Position numbers and translations under genes: made by a program
Shown: positions 9,740 through 18,304 of the stretch, in pieces
Layout of the letters: every line of letters begins with the position of its first letter
How positions within the stretch are numbered: the stretch's first letter is position 1
Notes under the pieces: generated by a model
What the model was told of the DNA's origin: nothing
What the model saw: only the letters and a program-made list of their open reading frames with translations
Database searches by the model: none
Assembly (NCBI GenBank): GCA_947085815.1
Contig: CAMTXU010000024.1
Span: forward strand, 3,506 to 67,505
Source: an uncultured Ignavibacteriota bacterium
GTDB taxonomy: Bacteria; Bacteroidota; Ignavibacteria; Ignavibacteriales; Melioribacteraceae
Reading direction: 5' to 3'
DNA: 64,000 nucleotides

Positions 9740-10459
9740 ATGATTCTGGATGTATTGGTTTTTGCCGCCCACCCCGATGACGCGGAATTATCCATGGGAG
9801 GAACAATTGCAAAGTTGACAGCAAATGGATTAAAAATTGGCGTAGTTGATTTAAGCAGAGGTGAGCTTGGAACCCGCGGTTCATCCGAAATCAGAAAGCA
9901 AGAGGCACAAAAGGCTAGCGAAATACTAAAACTCTCACATAGAGAAAATCTTGGTTTTCAAGACGGGTCTCTCAAATTTAACGATGAGTTTCTGAAGAGA
10001 ATAATTTCCAAAATCCGTAAACATCAACCTAAAATTATTTTTGCCCCTTACTTCAACGACCGACATCCCGATCATATTGGAACCTCACAATTAGTAAAGG
10101 AAGCAATGTTCTTTTCCGGATTGCCCAAGATTGTTACAGAGGATAATGACCGAATTCAATCGCCATTTCGTCCCAGAAAACTTTTTTATTATATGCAGAC
10201 ATACGAGTTTAAGCCAGCATTTATTGTAGATATAAGCAGCTATTTCGAAATAAAGATGAAAGCCATCCTTGCTTATGATACGCAGTTTCATAATCCAGAT
10301 AGCCTTGAGCCGGAGACGTTTATAAGCTCTCCTAACTTTCTTAAATTTGTCGAAGCCCGTGCAAAATATTTTGGTTTCAAAATTGGAAAGGATTTCGGGG
10401 AGGCATTCTTCAGCGAAGAAGAAATTGAATACGATTTAGTGGGCGAAATTAAGCCGTAA
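9740..10459 (+). CDS. bshB1: PIG-L/LmbE-family N-acetylglucosaminide deacetylase, BshB1-like (bacillithiol biosynthesis)
   Basis: ILDVLVFAAHPDDAELSMGGTIAKL..VVDLSRGELGTRGS matches the BshB1 signature as I recall it. I prefer the ATG at 9740 over the TTG at 9716 in the ORF track. Confidence 0.65.
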   Translation: MILDVLVFAAHPDDAELSMGGTIAKLTANGLKIGVVDLSRGELGTRGSSEIRKQEAQKASEILKLSHRENLGFQDGSLKFNDEFLKRIISKIRKHQPKIIFAPYFNDRHPDHIGTSQLVKEAMFFSGLPKIVTEDNDRIQSPFRPRKLFYYMQTYEFKPAFIVDISSYFEIKMKAILAYDTQFHNPDSLEPETFISSPNFLKFVEARAKYFGFKIGKDFGEAFFSEEEIEYDLVGEIKP

Positions 10460-10485
10460 ATAAATAGATAAGAAAAAAAGGTCTA

Positions 10486-11961
10486 TTGAGACTAAACTCA
10501 TTTCACATCAAAAGCCTCGGCTTTTTTCTAGGAATCTTTTTATTTCTGATAGTATGGTTCTTTGTTGATTTCGGAAAAGAGTTTCATAACGCGAAATTAG
10601 TTGCGGCTGTTGCATCATTAATGGCAACCTGGTGGGTCTTCGAATCCGTCCCTCTCGCGGTAACATCTTTAATTCCTCTAATTTTATTTCCATTACTCGG
10701 TGTTCTCTCATCAACTGCAACGGCTTCTCAATTTATGAATACAACCATCTTCCTTTTCATAGGAGGATTTGTAATTGCCATCGCGATGGAAAAATGGAAT
10801 TTACATAAACGTATAGCGCTGAGTGTAATTCTACTTTTCGGGCGCAGTCCTTCAAAAATAATTTTTGGATTTATGGCGGCAACCGGATTTATGTCGATGT
10901 GGATCTCAAATACGGCTAGCTGTTTGATGATTTTGCCTATCGGGCTTTCAATAATTTATAAAATAGAAAAAGAGTTTGGGGAAAAGAGCAGTTCTAATTT
11001 TTCCAAAGCGTTGATGATTGCAATCGCATATTCAAGTACTATCGGAGGAATTGCCACACTCATTGGAACTCCTCCTAATCTAATTTTTCTCAGAATGTAC
11101 AAAATAAATTTTCCTAATAATCCTTTGATGAAATTTGGAGAATGGATGGTTTTTGGCGTTCCATTAGCTGTTGTTATGATGATTATTGCATGGATTGTTC
11201 TAACAAAAATAGTTTTTCGATCCGATAAAAATTTAATTCTGAATAGAGAAATTATAAGAGAGGAAAAAATAAAATTAGGTAAAATGATCTATGAGCAAAA
11301 AGCAGTGATGGTAGTATTCGTTTTAACATCATTCTTATGGATTTTCAGAAGCGACTTAGATCTTGGTCTCTTTAAGATTCCTGGATGGTCTAATATATTT
11401 TCTTCGGCGGAGTTTATAGAAGACAGCACCGTTGCAGTTACTATGGCGCTGCTTCTGTTTTTAATTCCCTGCGGTTCATCAGAAAACAAACACAAATTTA
11501 TTTTAGATCAGAACGATATTTCTAAAATACCTTGGGACATAGTTTTACTTTTCGGTGGAGGGTTTGCTTTAGCTGAGGGTTTTGTTCAAAGCGGATTATC
11601 AAAATTAATCGGGCATGAATTTATGATGTTGAAAAATATTCCTCCTTTAGTATTGGTAGCAATAATTTGTACTATTATAGTTTTTTCTAGTGAACTTACT
11701 TCGAACTCGGCTCAGACAACAGTGATGCTGCCGCTGTTGGCATCTCTGGCTACCGAGATTGGAATAGATCCATTAACTATAATGATACCGGCGACATTCT
11801 CGGTATCTTTAGCATTCATGCTGCCAGTTGGAACTCCACCTAATGCAATTGTTTTCAGCAGTCAAAGGCTTAAAGTTTGGGATATGGCTAAAGCCGGATT
11901 TATTCTAAATATTATAGGTATAATCGTAGTAGTGATCTTCTCAAAAATTTTCTTTTTGTAG
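10486..11961 (+). CDS. SLC13/DASS-family Na+-coupled anion (sulfate/di-tricarboxylate) symporter
   Basis: About 490-aa polytopic membrane protein. Duplicated hairpin motifs SNTASCLMILPIG and TPPNLIF / GTPPNAIVF are typical of DASS transporters. The start codon is uncertain (TTG at 10486). Confidence 0.8.
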   Translation: MRLNSFHIKSLGFFLGIFLFLIVWFFVDFGKEFHNAKLVAAVASLMATWWVFESVPLAVTSLIPLILFPLLGVLSSTATASQFMNTTIFLFIGGFVIAIAMEKWNLHKRIALSVILLFGRSPSKIIFGFMAATGFMSMWISNTASCLMILPIGLSIIYKIEKEFGEKSSSNFSKALMIAIAYSSTIGGIATLIGTPPNLIFLRMYKINFPNNPLMKFGEWMVFGVPLAVVMMIIAWIVLTKIVFRSDKNLILNREIIREEKIKLGKMIYEQKAVMVVFVLTSFLWIFRSDLDLGLFKIPGWSNIFSSAEFIEDSTVAVTMALLLFLIPCGSSENKHKFILDQNDISKIPWDIVLLFGGGFALAEGFVQSGLSKLIGHEFMMLKNIPPLVLVAIICTIIVFSSELTSNSAQTTVMLPLLASLATEIGIDPLTIMIPATFSVSLAFMLPVGTPPNAIVFSSQRLKVWDMAKAGFILNIIGIIVVVIFSKIFFL

Positions 11962-12009
11962 AACCCTTTTTATTTATTATTCATCTTATTATAAATAATA
12001 GGAGAAGTT

Positions 12010-12396
12010 ATGTCATACTATAATTCAAAAATCGTTGCTTATACTTTCGAAGATGCTATTACAAAAGTAACCGATGAATTAAAGAATGAAGGTTTCGGAA
12101 TTCTCACCGAAATTGATGTGAAAGATACTTTAAAGAAAAAACTCGATGTCGACTTCCGGAGATACAAAATTCTAGGTGCGTGCAATCCGCCGAACGCTTA
12201 TAAAGCCCTGCAGGCGGAAGAAAATATTGGAGTCCTTTTGCCGTGCAATATTGTTGTGCAAGAAAAAGCAGATGGTAAAATTCAAGTAAGCGCAGTAAAT
12301 CCGATGGAATCTATGCAAGCCGTTGGTAATGAAAATTTAGGGGAGGTTGCTCTTGAGGTTACAGAGAAATTGAAACTTGTTTTGGAAAGACTGTAA
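12010..12396 (+). CDS. DUF302 domain protein
   Basis: 128 aa. GFGILTEIDVKDTLKKKL..YKILGACNPP..LLPCNIVV is the typical DUF302 pattern. Confidence 0.8.
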   Translation: MSYYNSKIVAYTFEDAITKVTDELKNEGFGILTEIDVKDTLKKKLDVDFRRYKILGACNPPNAYKALQAEENIGVLLPCNIVVQEKADGKIQVSAVNPMESMQAVGNENLGEVALEVTEKLKLVLERL

Positions 12397-12411
12397 ATTT
12401 TTGAGTTCCTT

Positions 12412-12449
12412 AGTGCCTGAGCTTAATTAAACCCATTCACTCAGGCACT
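12412..12449. terminator. Hairpin between the convergent DUF302 and cyclophilin genes (possible bidirectional terminator)
   Basis: 10-bp stem AGTGCCTGAG / CTCAGGCACT with an 18-nt loop. There is no clean T-tract, so support is moderate only. Confidence 0.45.
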
Positions 12450-12467
12450 TAGTTACTCAGGTACTTC

Positions 12468-12950
12468 TCACTCTTCAATAACCGTTACTTGTTCCATCTT
12501 ATCGCCTTGCTCAATCAGATCAACAACATCTTGACCGTTTTTTGCTTTACCGAAAACTGTGTGTTTTCCGTTTAGATGAGGCTGAGGTGAATGAGTAATG
12601 AAAAACTGACTTCCATTTGTATTAGGACCGGCATTAGCCATCGAAATAACACAACGCTCATGTTTAAGCGGATTTCCGGCGAATTCATCTTCAAATTTAT
12701 AACCGGGACCGCCGCGGCCTGTACCGGTAGGATCTCCGCCTTGAATCATAAAATCACTAATTACACGGTGAAATGATACGCCATCGTAAAAACCTTCTTT
12801 TGCTAAGAAGACAAAGTTATTTACTGTCTTTGGTGCGTGTTCAGGATAAAGTTCAATCTCTATTATTCCTTTTGTTGTGTTCATTGATACAGAATATTTT
12901 TTCTTTGGATCAATTTGCATTTCTGGGGGAGTATTCCACTGTCTTCCCAT
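12468..12950 (-). CDS. Peptidyl-prolyl cis-trans isomerase, cyclophilin type
   Basis: [41 protein letters not shown] and [10 protein letters not shown] are cyclophilin signatures. Confidence 0.93.
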   Translation of the reverse strand: MGRQWNTPPEMQIDPKKKYSVSMNTTKGIIEIELYPEHAPKTVNNFVFLAKEGFYDGVSFHRVISDFMIQGGDPTGTGRGGPGYKFEDEFAGNPLKHERCVISMANAGPNTNGSQFFITHSPQPHLNGKHTVFGKAKNGQDVVDLIEQGDKMEQVTVIEE

Positions 12951-13148
12951 TTAGTTCTCCGTTTTGTTTATAGGTTTTCAAAAAAATGATTTATTTTGTC
13001 GCGTAAACCTAAATATTCCAAGCGTAATAATGAAATGGGGATTAGACCATTCATCTTTTCAGTTAAACAAGATTCGAGATGGAGGGCAAAAATCGAACAA
13101 GTATTTTTTATTTATTGGATTTTTCTTTCAGCATTATTAGTGCAAATC

Positions 13149-13556
13149 TCACTTAATAATCTTATGAAATTTTCCCCAATCAGAATATTTTTTATCCTCA
13201 ACAAGAATGTGGCTTTGAACCCATCTGTCTAACAAATTTTCAAAACTATCTTTCAGTTGGGTCATTGTAGAAGATCCGGTTAGTACCGAATTGATTTCGT
13301 GAACAATATTATCATGTTTTTCTTTATGATCCTTTAGACCGGGGTATTTGTTTTTTTCCATCCACTCTTCTTCATACTGAAAATGGCTTTTGACGTAATC
13401 ATTCAAATGTCTGATGAGATACTTTATCTCCGGTTCCTGACTTTTTGGGTTCTCAATTTCCAACAGCTCATTTGATATAGCAAATAGAAGCCGATGCTGA
13501 GAATCGATCTCTTCAATTCCGGTTCTGCAGTTTGCGTTCCAAATCATTCTTCTCAT
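13149..13556 (-). CDS. Hemerythrin-like metal-binding protein (bacteriohemerythrin)
   Basis: W...TGIEEIDSQHRLLF, HFQYEEEWM and HKEKHDNIVHE carry the His/Glu ligand pattern of bacteriohemerythrins. Confidence 0.8.
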   Translation of the reverse strand: MRRMIWNANCRTGIEEIDSQHRLLFAISNELLEIENPKSQEPEIKYLIRHLNDYVKSHFQYEEEWMEKNKYPGLKDHKEKHDNIVHEINSVLTGSSTMTQLKDSFENLLDRWVQSHILVEDKKYSDWGKFHKIIK

Positions 13557-13574
13557 CTTGCATCCTCAGTTATA

Positions 13575-15257
13575 CTAACGCGTTAATTTTTTATATTTCA
13601 CTCTATGAGGTATGTCTGCGTCTTTACCAAGACGTTCTCTTCTATTCTCCTGGTAATCGGAAAAGTTTCCTTCGAACCATACAACCTTACTATCGCCTTC
13701 AAATGATAAAATGTGAGTGCAAATTCTATCAAGAAACCAGCGATCGTGACTGATAATAACAGCGCATCCGGCAAAGTTGAGCAAACCTTCTTCAAGCGCA
13801 CGCATTGTGTTAACGTCAAGATCGTTTGTGGGTTCATCAAGCAAAAGAACATTTGCGCTTTGTTTGAGAGCTATTGCGAGATGAACTCTATTTCTTTCTC
13901 CGCCTGAAAGCATCGACAATTTTTTCTGCTGATCGGCTCCGGTAAAATTAAATTGTCCAACGTAAGCGCGTGAATTTTGTTCTCTGTTTCCAAGTTGTAT
14001 TAAATCTTTTCCCTCCGAAATCATTTCCCAAACTGATTTTTCCGGATCAAGTATATCTCTGCTTTGATCTACATACGCAAGCTTAACAGTATCTCCAATT
14101 CTGAAAGTTCCGCTATCCGCATTTTCCTGTCCGACTATCATTCTAAATAAAGTTGTTTTACCCGCGCCGTTAGGACCGATAACTCCAACAATTCCTCCGG
14201 GAGGGAGTTTGAAATTCAAATTCTCGAATAGAACTTTTTCTCCGTAACCTTTGGATACATTTTCAGCCTCGATTACAACATTGCCCAAACGCGGACCGGC
14301 TGGAATATAAATTTCCAAATCTTTTTGGCGTTTTTCATTTTCATCATTGAGCATCTCCTCGTAAGATGAAATTCTAGCCTTCGATTTTGCATGTCGTGCT
14401 CTCGGCGACATTTTGATCCATTCAAGTTCGCGCTGTAAAGTTTTCTGCCGGTCGGTTTCTCTTTTCTCTTCAATTTTTAGCCGCTCTTGTTTTTGTTGCA
14501 GCCATGACGAATAATTTCCTTTCCAAGGAATGCCTTCTCCTTTATCAAGCTCAAGTATCCACCCGGCTACGTTATCAAGGAAATATCTATCGTGAGTAAC
14601 TGCTATTACAGTGCCGGGGTAACGGTTAAGCTCTGCTTCAAGCCATAAAACGGTTTCGGCATCAAGATGATTTGTCGGCTCATCAAGAAGTAGAATGTCC
14701 GGCTTCTTCAAAAGCAAGCGGCACATTGCAACTCTTCTCCGTTCACCCCCGGAAATTACTTTAACCGGTGTATCGGGAGGGGGACAATTGAGAACGTCCA
14801 TCGCAAGATCAAGTTTGGAATCGAGATCCCACGCTTCGAGATGATCTAACTTTTCTTGCACTTTACCTTGACGTTCGAGAAGGTCATTCATTTCGTCATC
14901 GCTCATTGGCTCGGCAAACTTTGCATTGATCTCATCGTACTCACGCAGAACATCTACAATTTCCTGAACGCCTTCCTGGACTATCTCTTTTACTGTTTTA
15001 GTATCATCAAGTTTTGGTTCCTGTTCAAGTAAACCGATTGTGAATCCCGGCGATAGAGCTATTTCACCGTTAAAATCTTTATCCACTCCGCCGAGAATTT
15101 TTAAGAGTGTGCTTTTGCCGGAACCGTTGAGCCCCAGTACGCCGATCTTAGCGCCGTAGAAATATGATAAGTAAATGTTCTTTATGATCGCCTTTGTATC
15201 GTAATACTTGCTAACGCCGATCATTGAATAAATAATTTTGTTGGGTTCGATTGCCAC
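13575..15257 (-). CDS. ettA: Energy-dependent translational throttle ABC-F ATPase EttA
   Basis: 560 aa with two ABC cassettes (GLNGSGKST / GPNGAGKTT; [12 protein letters not shown] / LSGGERNRVHLA). The N-terminus IIYSMIGVSKYY is typical of EttA. Confidence 0.92.
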   Translation of the reverse strand: MAIEPNKIIYSMIGVSKYYDTKAIIKNIYLSYFYGAKIGVLGLNGSGKSTLLKILGGVDKDFNGEIALSPGFTIGLLEQEPKLDDTKTVKEIVQEGVQEIVDVLREYDEINAKFAEPMSDDEMNDLLERQGKVQEKLDHLEAWDLDSKLDLAMDVLNCPPPDTPVKVISGGERRRVAMCRLLLKKPDILLLDEPTNHLDAETVLWLEAELNRYPGTVIAVTHDRYFLDNVAGWILELDKGEGIPWKGNYSSWLQQKQERLKIEEKRETDRQKTLQRELEWIKMSPRARHAKSKARISSYEEMLNDENEKRQKDLEIYIPAGPRLGNVVIEAENVSKGYGEKVLFENLNFKLPPGGIVGVIGPNGAGKTTLFRMIVGQENADSGTFRIGDTVKLAYVDQSRDILDPEKSVWEMISEGKDLIQLGNREQNSRAYVGQFNFTGADQQKKLSMLSGGERNRVHLAIALKQSANVLLLDEPTNDLDVNTMRALEEGLLNFAGCAVIISHDRWFLDRICTHILSFEGDSKVVWFEGNFSDYQENRRERLGKDADIPHRVKYKKLTR

Positions 15258-15284
15258 TTTTACTCCGGTAATTTGATTTTATTT

Positions 15285-15387
15285 AATAGAACGCAGATCA
15301 TTATGTCCGAAGGACTCCAATGGAGATTGTAATAATTTATTATGATCATGAACTATCTTAATAGATCATAAGGATCAGCGTTCTATT
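15285..15387. repeat. Family-A palindromic repeat (with M1 module) between divergent ettA and the nuclease gene
   Basis: AATAGAACGCAGATCATTAT-GTCCGAAGGACTCCAATGGAGAT ... ATAAGGATCAGCGTTCTATT. Confidence 0.85.
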
Positions 15388-15577
15388 TCGTTTTCTTTGG
15401 TTGCAAAATAAAAAATTTTTAGATTACATCACTCAGCAGAATTAAAAAAGAACTTTTTGGGATTGTCTCTATCATAAATGCAAATTTTACTTCTCTCATA
15501 AAATTTTATTCCTTACCTTAATAGTCAAAAGAACAGGCTTTCAAATTCATCAACCCAAAACCAACCAAGAGGTAAGT

Positions 15578-17740
15578 ATGAAAATCATTCTCCGCGTACT
15601 CGGCGTAACACTTATAGCCGTCTTAAGTTTTATTATTCCTGCTTGTGAGCAGACCCTAACAGATCCCGCATCCAATTCCCAAGAATTATCTTCCCAACAA
15701 CATTTATCATTAAAAAAAGTAACAGTGATGGAAGATTTTGAGACGGGAACTAAAACAGCCTACGCCGTTGCCGATGTTGTGTTCTCTTCGGGTACCTGGA
15801 CATTGAATGATGCTTTGGTCGGGACTACCACAAGTGATCCTAAGAACGGTGCTAAGAGTATCCGTACACGCAACAGCGGTACAGTAACTATGAAATTTGA
15901 TCGCACTGACGGCGCAAGTACTGTAACGGTACAGCATGCAAAATATGGGACCGATGCAAACAGTACTTGGGGCTTGTGGTATTCAACAAACAGCGGAAGT
16001 TCATGGGCTCAGACTGGCTCTTCTGTTACTACTTCCTCAACAACTTTGCAAACTGCTTCTTTTACTGTGAACATAACCGGTACAATTCGATTTGAGATTC
16101 GCAAAACGGATGGCACAGCCAGCCGTGTTAACTTCGACGACTTTACAATTAATGATTACGTTGTTGTAACATATAACTTTGTGGAAAATTATGAAGCCGG
16201 AACAAAAACCAGCTATGCAGTTGCTGATGTAACATTTAGTACAGGCGTGTGGACATTAAATGACGCTTTGGTTGGAACATCAACGAGCGATCCAAAAGTT
16301 GGAACAAAAAGTATTCGCGTGCGTAACAGCGGTACGGTAACAATGAAGTTCGACAAAACTACCGGAGCAGCTAATGTTTCCGTAAAACACGCCAAGTATG
16401 GAACCGATGCAAATAGTACCTGGGGATTGTGGTATTCAACTAACAGCGGAGGTACATGGACGCAGACCGGCACTTCCGTTACAACATCTTCAACAACTTT
16501 GCAAGCAGCAACTTTTGCTGTAAATATATCAGGCACAATTCGTTTTGAGATTCGTAAAACGGACGGCACAGCCAGCCGGGTAAATTTTGATGATTTTTCT
16601 GTGGAAGATTATGCCGGTACTGGCGGCTATGTGACCGAAGTAGAACCCAACAATACAATAGCCACAGCCAATTCAATCCCTACGGTACCCGCAACAAACA
16701 CCGGTTATATAAGCACTATAACCGATATTGACTACTTCTCAGTTTCGGCAACTTCAGGTCAAATAATTACATCGGGATTAACTGTGCCTTCAGGTGTTGA
16801 TTACAATTTGTATCTGTTAAATTCTTCCGGAGTCACATTAGCAAGTTCTACAAATACCGGCAGTTTATCTGAAAGCATTACATATAATACAACCGCAGTT
16901 GGACCTTACTACCTATTAGCCTCATCATCATCAGGTTTCAGCGCAACTTTAAACTACACCTTAACAGCAAACGTAACTACCGCGGGTGTTGTAGATACAA
17001 CTACTTCCACAAGCGTTCATCTTACAATGGGAAATCCGAGCGTAGCAGTTCATGATATAGCATTTCCGGCAAATTATTTGATGGAAAAACCGCAATATGT
17101 TCTCTCATACAACCGTGATTATGGAATACCGAATTGGACGGCATGGCATCTAAACAGTTCCTGGATTGGCTCTACACCTAGGCAAGATGATTTCCGAAAT
17201 GATACTACACTGCCAACAGGCTGGTATCAAGTTCTATCAACCAGTTACAGCGGTAGCGGATATGACCGTGGACATATGTGTCCTTCAGCGGACAGAACAC
17301 TAACCGTTGCAGATAACTCTGCAACTTTTCTAATGACAAATATGATTCCACAGGCGCCAAACAACAATCAAGGTCCTTGGGCAAATTTGGAAAATTACCT
17401 TCGCACACTTGTTACTGCAGGCAAAGAGTTATACATCTATTCAGGCGGATTTGGGTCACAAGGAACGATTGATGCCGGTCGTGTAAATGTTCCATCCCGT
17501 ACATGGAAAGTAATAGTTGTACTTGATGAAGGAACCAACGACTTGAGTCGTGTAACAACAACTACACGTGTAATTGCTGTTGATATGCCTAACAGTGATG
17601 CTCTAATAAGCAGAACTGCCGATTGGAAAACATTCCGCGTAAGTATTGATTATGTTGAAGGGCAAACCGGATTTGATTTTCTTTCTAAAGTGTCTACATC
17701 TATTCAAGCAGTTATAGAAAGTGTTGTGGATAATTTATAA
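15578..17740 (+). CDS. Secreted/lipoprotein multidomain non-specific DNA/RNA endonuclease (two tandem beta-rich domains + PPC domain + EndoG/Serratia-type nuclease)
   Basis: Lipobox-like FIIPAC. Two ~145-aa tandem repeats. Pre-peptidase C-terminal-type domain (EVEPNNTIATANSI..DIDYFSV). C-terminal nuclease domain with GYDRGHMCPSADR and NMIPQAPNNNQG. RBS AAGAGG lies 5 nt upstream. Confidence 0.85.
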   Translation: MKIILRVLGVTLIAVLSFIIPACEQTLTDPASNSQELSSQQHLSLKKVTVMEDFETGTKTAYAVADVVFSSGTWTLNDALVGTTTSDPKNGAKSIRTRNSGTVTMKFDRTDGASTVTVQHAKYGTDANSTWGLWYSTNSGSSWAQTGSSVTTSSTTLQTASFTVNITGTIRFEIRKTDGTASRVNFDDFTINDYVVVTYNFVENYEAGTKTSYAVADVTFSTGVWTLNDALVGTSTSDPKVGTKSIRVRNSGTVTMKFDKTTGAANVSVKHAKYGTDANSTWGLWYSTNSGGTWTQTGTSVTTSSTTLQAATFAVNISGTIRFEIRKTDGTASRVNFDDFSVEDYAGTGGYVTEVEPNNTIATANSIPTVPATNTGYISTITDIDYFSVSATSGQIITSGLTVPSGVDYNLYLLNSSGVTLASSTNTGSLSESITYNTTAVGPYYLLASSSSGFSATLNYTLTANVTTAGVVDTTTSTSVHLTMGNPSVAVHDIAFPANYLMEKPQYVLSYNRDYGIPNWTAWHLNSSWIGSTPRQDDFRNDTTLPTGWYQVLSTSYSGSGYDRGHMCPSADRTLTVADNSATFLMTNMIPQAPNNNQGPWANLENYLRTLVTAGKELYIYSGGFGSQGTIDAGRVNVPSRTWKVIVVLDEGTNDLSRVTTTTRVIAVDMPNSDALISRTADWKTFRVSIDYVEGQTGFDFLSKVSTSIQAVIESVVDNL
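15728..16612 (+). repeat. Intragenic tandem duplication (two ~432-nt copies, period 453 nt) encoding the two N-terminal nuclease domains
   Basis: Copy 1 at 15728-16159 and copy 2 at 16181-16612 align codon for codon (EDFETGTKTAYAVADV.. vs ENYEAGTKTSYAVADV..). Many differences are synonymous. Confidence 0.9.
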
Positions 17741-17755
17741 AGATACATTTCACTA

Positions 17756-17800
17756 AAACAACAAAACCCCTTTCTCAACGGGGTTTTGTTGTTTCCTTTC
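17756..17800 (+). terminator. Rho-independent terminator downstream of the nuclease gene
   Basis: 15-bp perfect stem AAACAACAAAACCCC / GGGGTTTTGTTGTTT with a 9-nt loop, 16 nt after the stop. The right arm is itself T-rich. Confidence 0.8.
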
Positions 17801-18129
17801 TTGATATATCTTTCTTACTGATCGCTTTTGTATAGTAATAATTGCTACTCCAATCATTGATTAGATTATTTTGTTTTATCCATCACTATTCTTACGGAAT
17901 CCGTTTGATAAAAGTCCTAGTACAACTAATGCTATCGCAAAAATTATTCCGCCAATAGTTGATGAAAAACTATGATGAGACATCCTAACACAATTGGAAT
18001 GACATTAATCATTTAATCCTCTGTAATACTATCTAAACGTACTACAAATCTCAAACTATGTAAATAGTATAAATATAGAGGCGGTAACAAAAGTCTTTGT
18101 GATTCGCCATGGCGAATTTGTGTGCTTAG

Positions 18130-18178
18130 TGCCTTATGCCGAAGGCATCCCTTCGGTAGTGGTTTTGGGTTTGTTTTT
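18130..18178 (+). other. Overlapping alternative hairpins followed by a T-rich tract (repeat module M1 copy; possible orphan terminator or small RNA 3' end)
   Basis: CCGAAGG-CATC-CCTTCGG (18139-18156) overlaps TGCCTT..AAGGCA (18130-18147), followed by TAGTGGTTTTGGGTTTGTTTTT. A 16-nt perfect palindrome ATTCGCCATGGCGAAT lies at 18102-18117. Confidence 0.35.
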
Positions 18179-18304
18179 AATTCACCTTCAAAACATATTA
18201 CCACTAAAACACTAAGTTCAAAAAGAAACACTCACATAGTGATCCAATGGAATAAGAAATATTTACTTCTGACACAACCTCTTTGTAGAAATGAATCGCT
18301 TAAT

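Noticed and set aside
12996-13753. The ORFs at 12996-13232, 13532-13753 and 13598-13852.
   Set aside because: They overlap the hemerythrin and ettA genes or their short spacers and have low-complexity translations. The opposite-strand genes have strong family signatures.
15728-16612. Diversity-generating retroelement (template/variable repeat pair) as an explanation for the duplicated nuclease segment.
   Set aside because: The differences between the copies are spread over all four bases and are largely synonymous, not adenine-specific. No reverse transcriptase gene is nearby.
17876-17983. A 35-aa minus-strand ORF (MSHHSFSSTIGGIIFAIALVVLGLLSNGFRKNSDG) with one hydrophobic segment, in the nuclease/lipoprotein gap.
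   Set aside because: It is too short to support from sequence alone and has no clear RBS. It could be a small membrane peptide, but ribosome profiling or conservation evidence would be needed.
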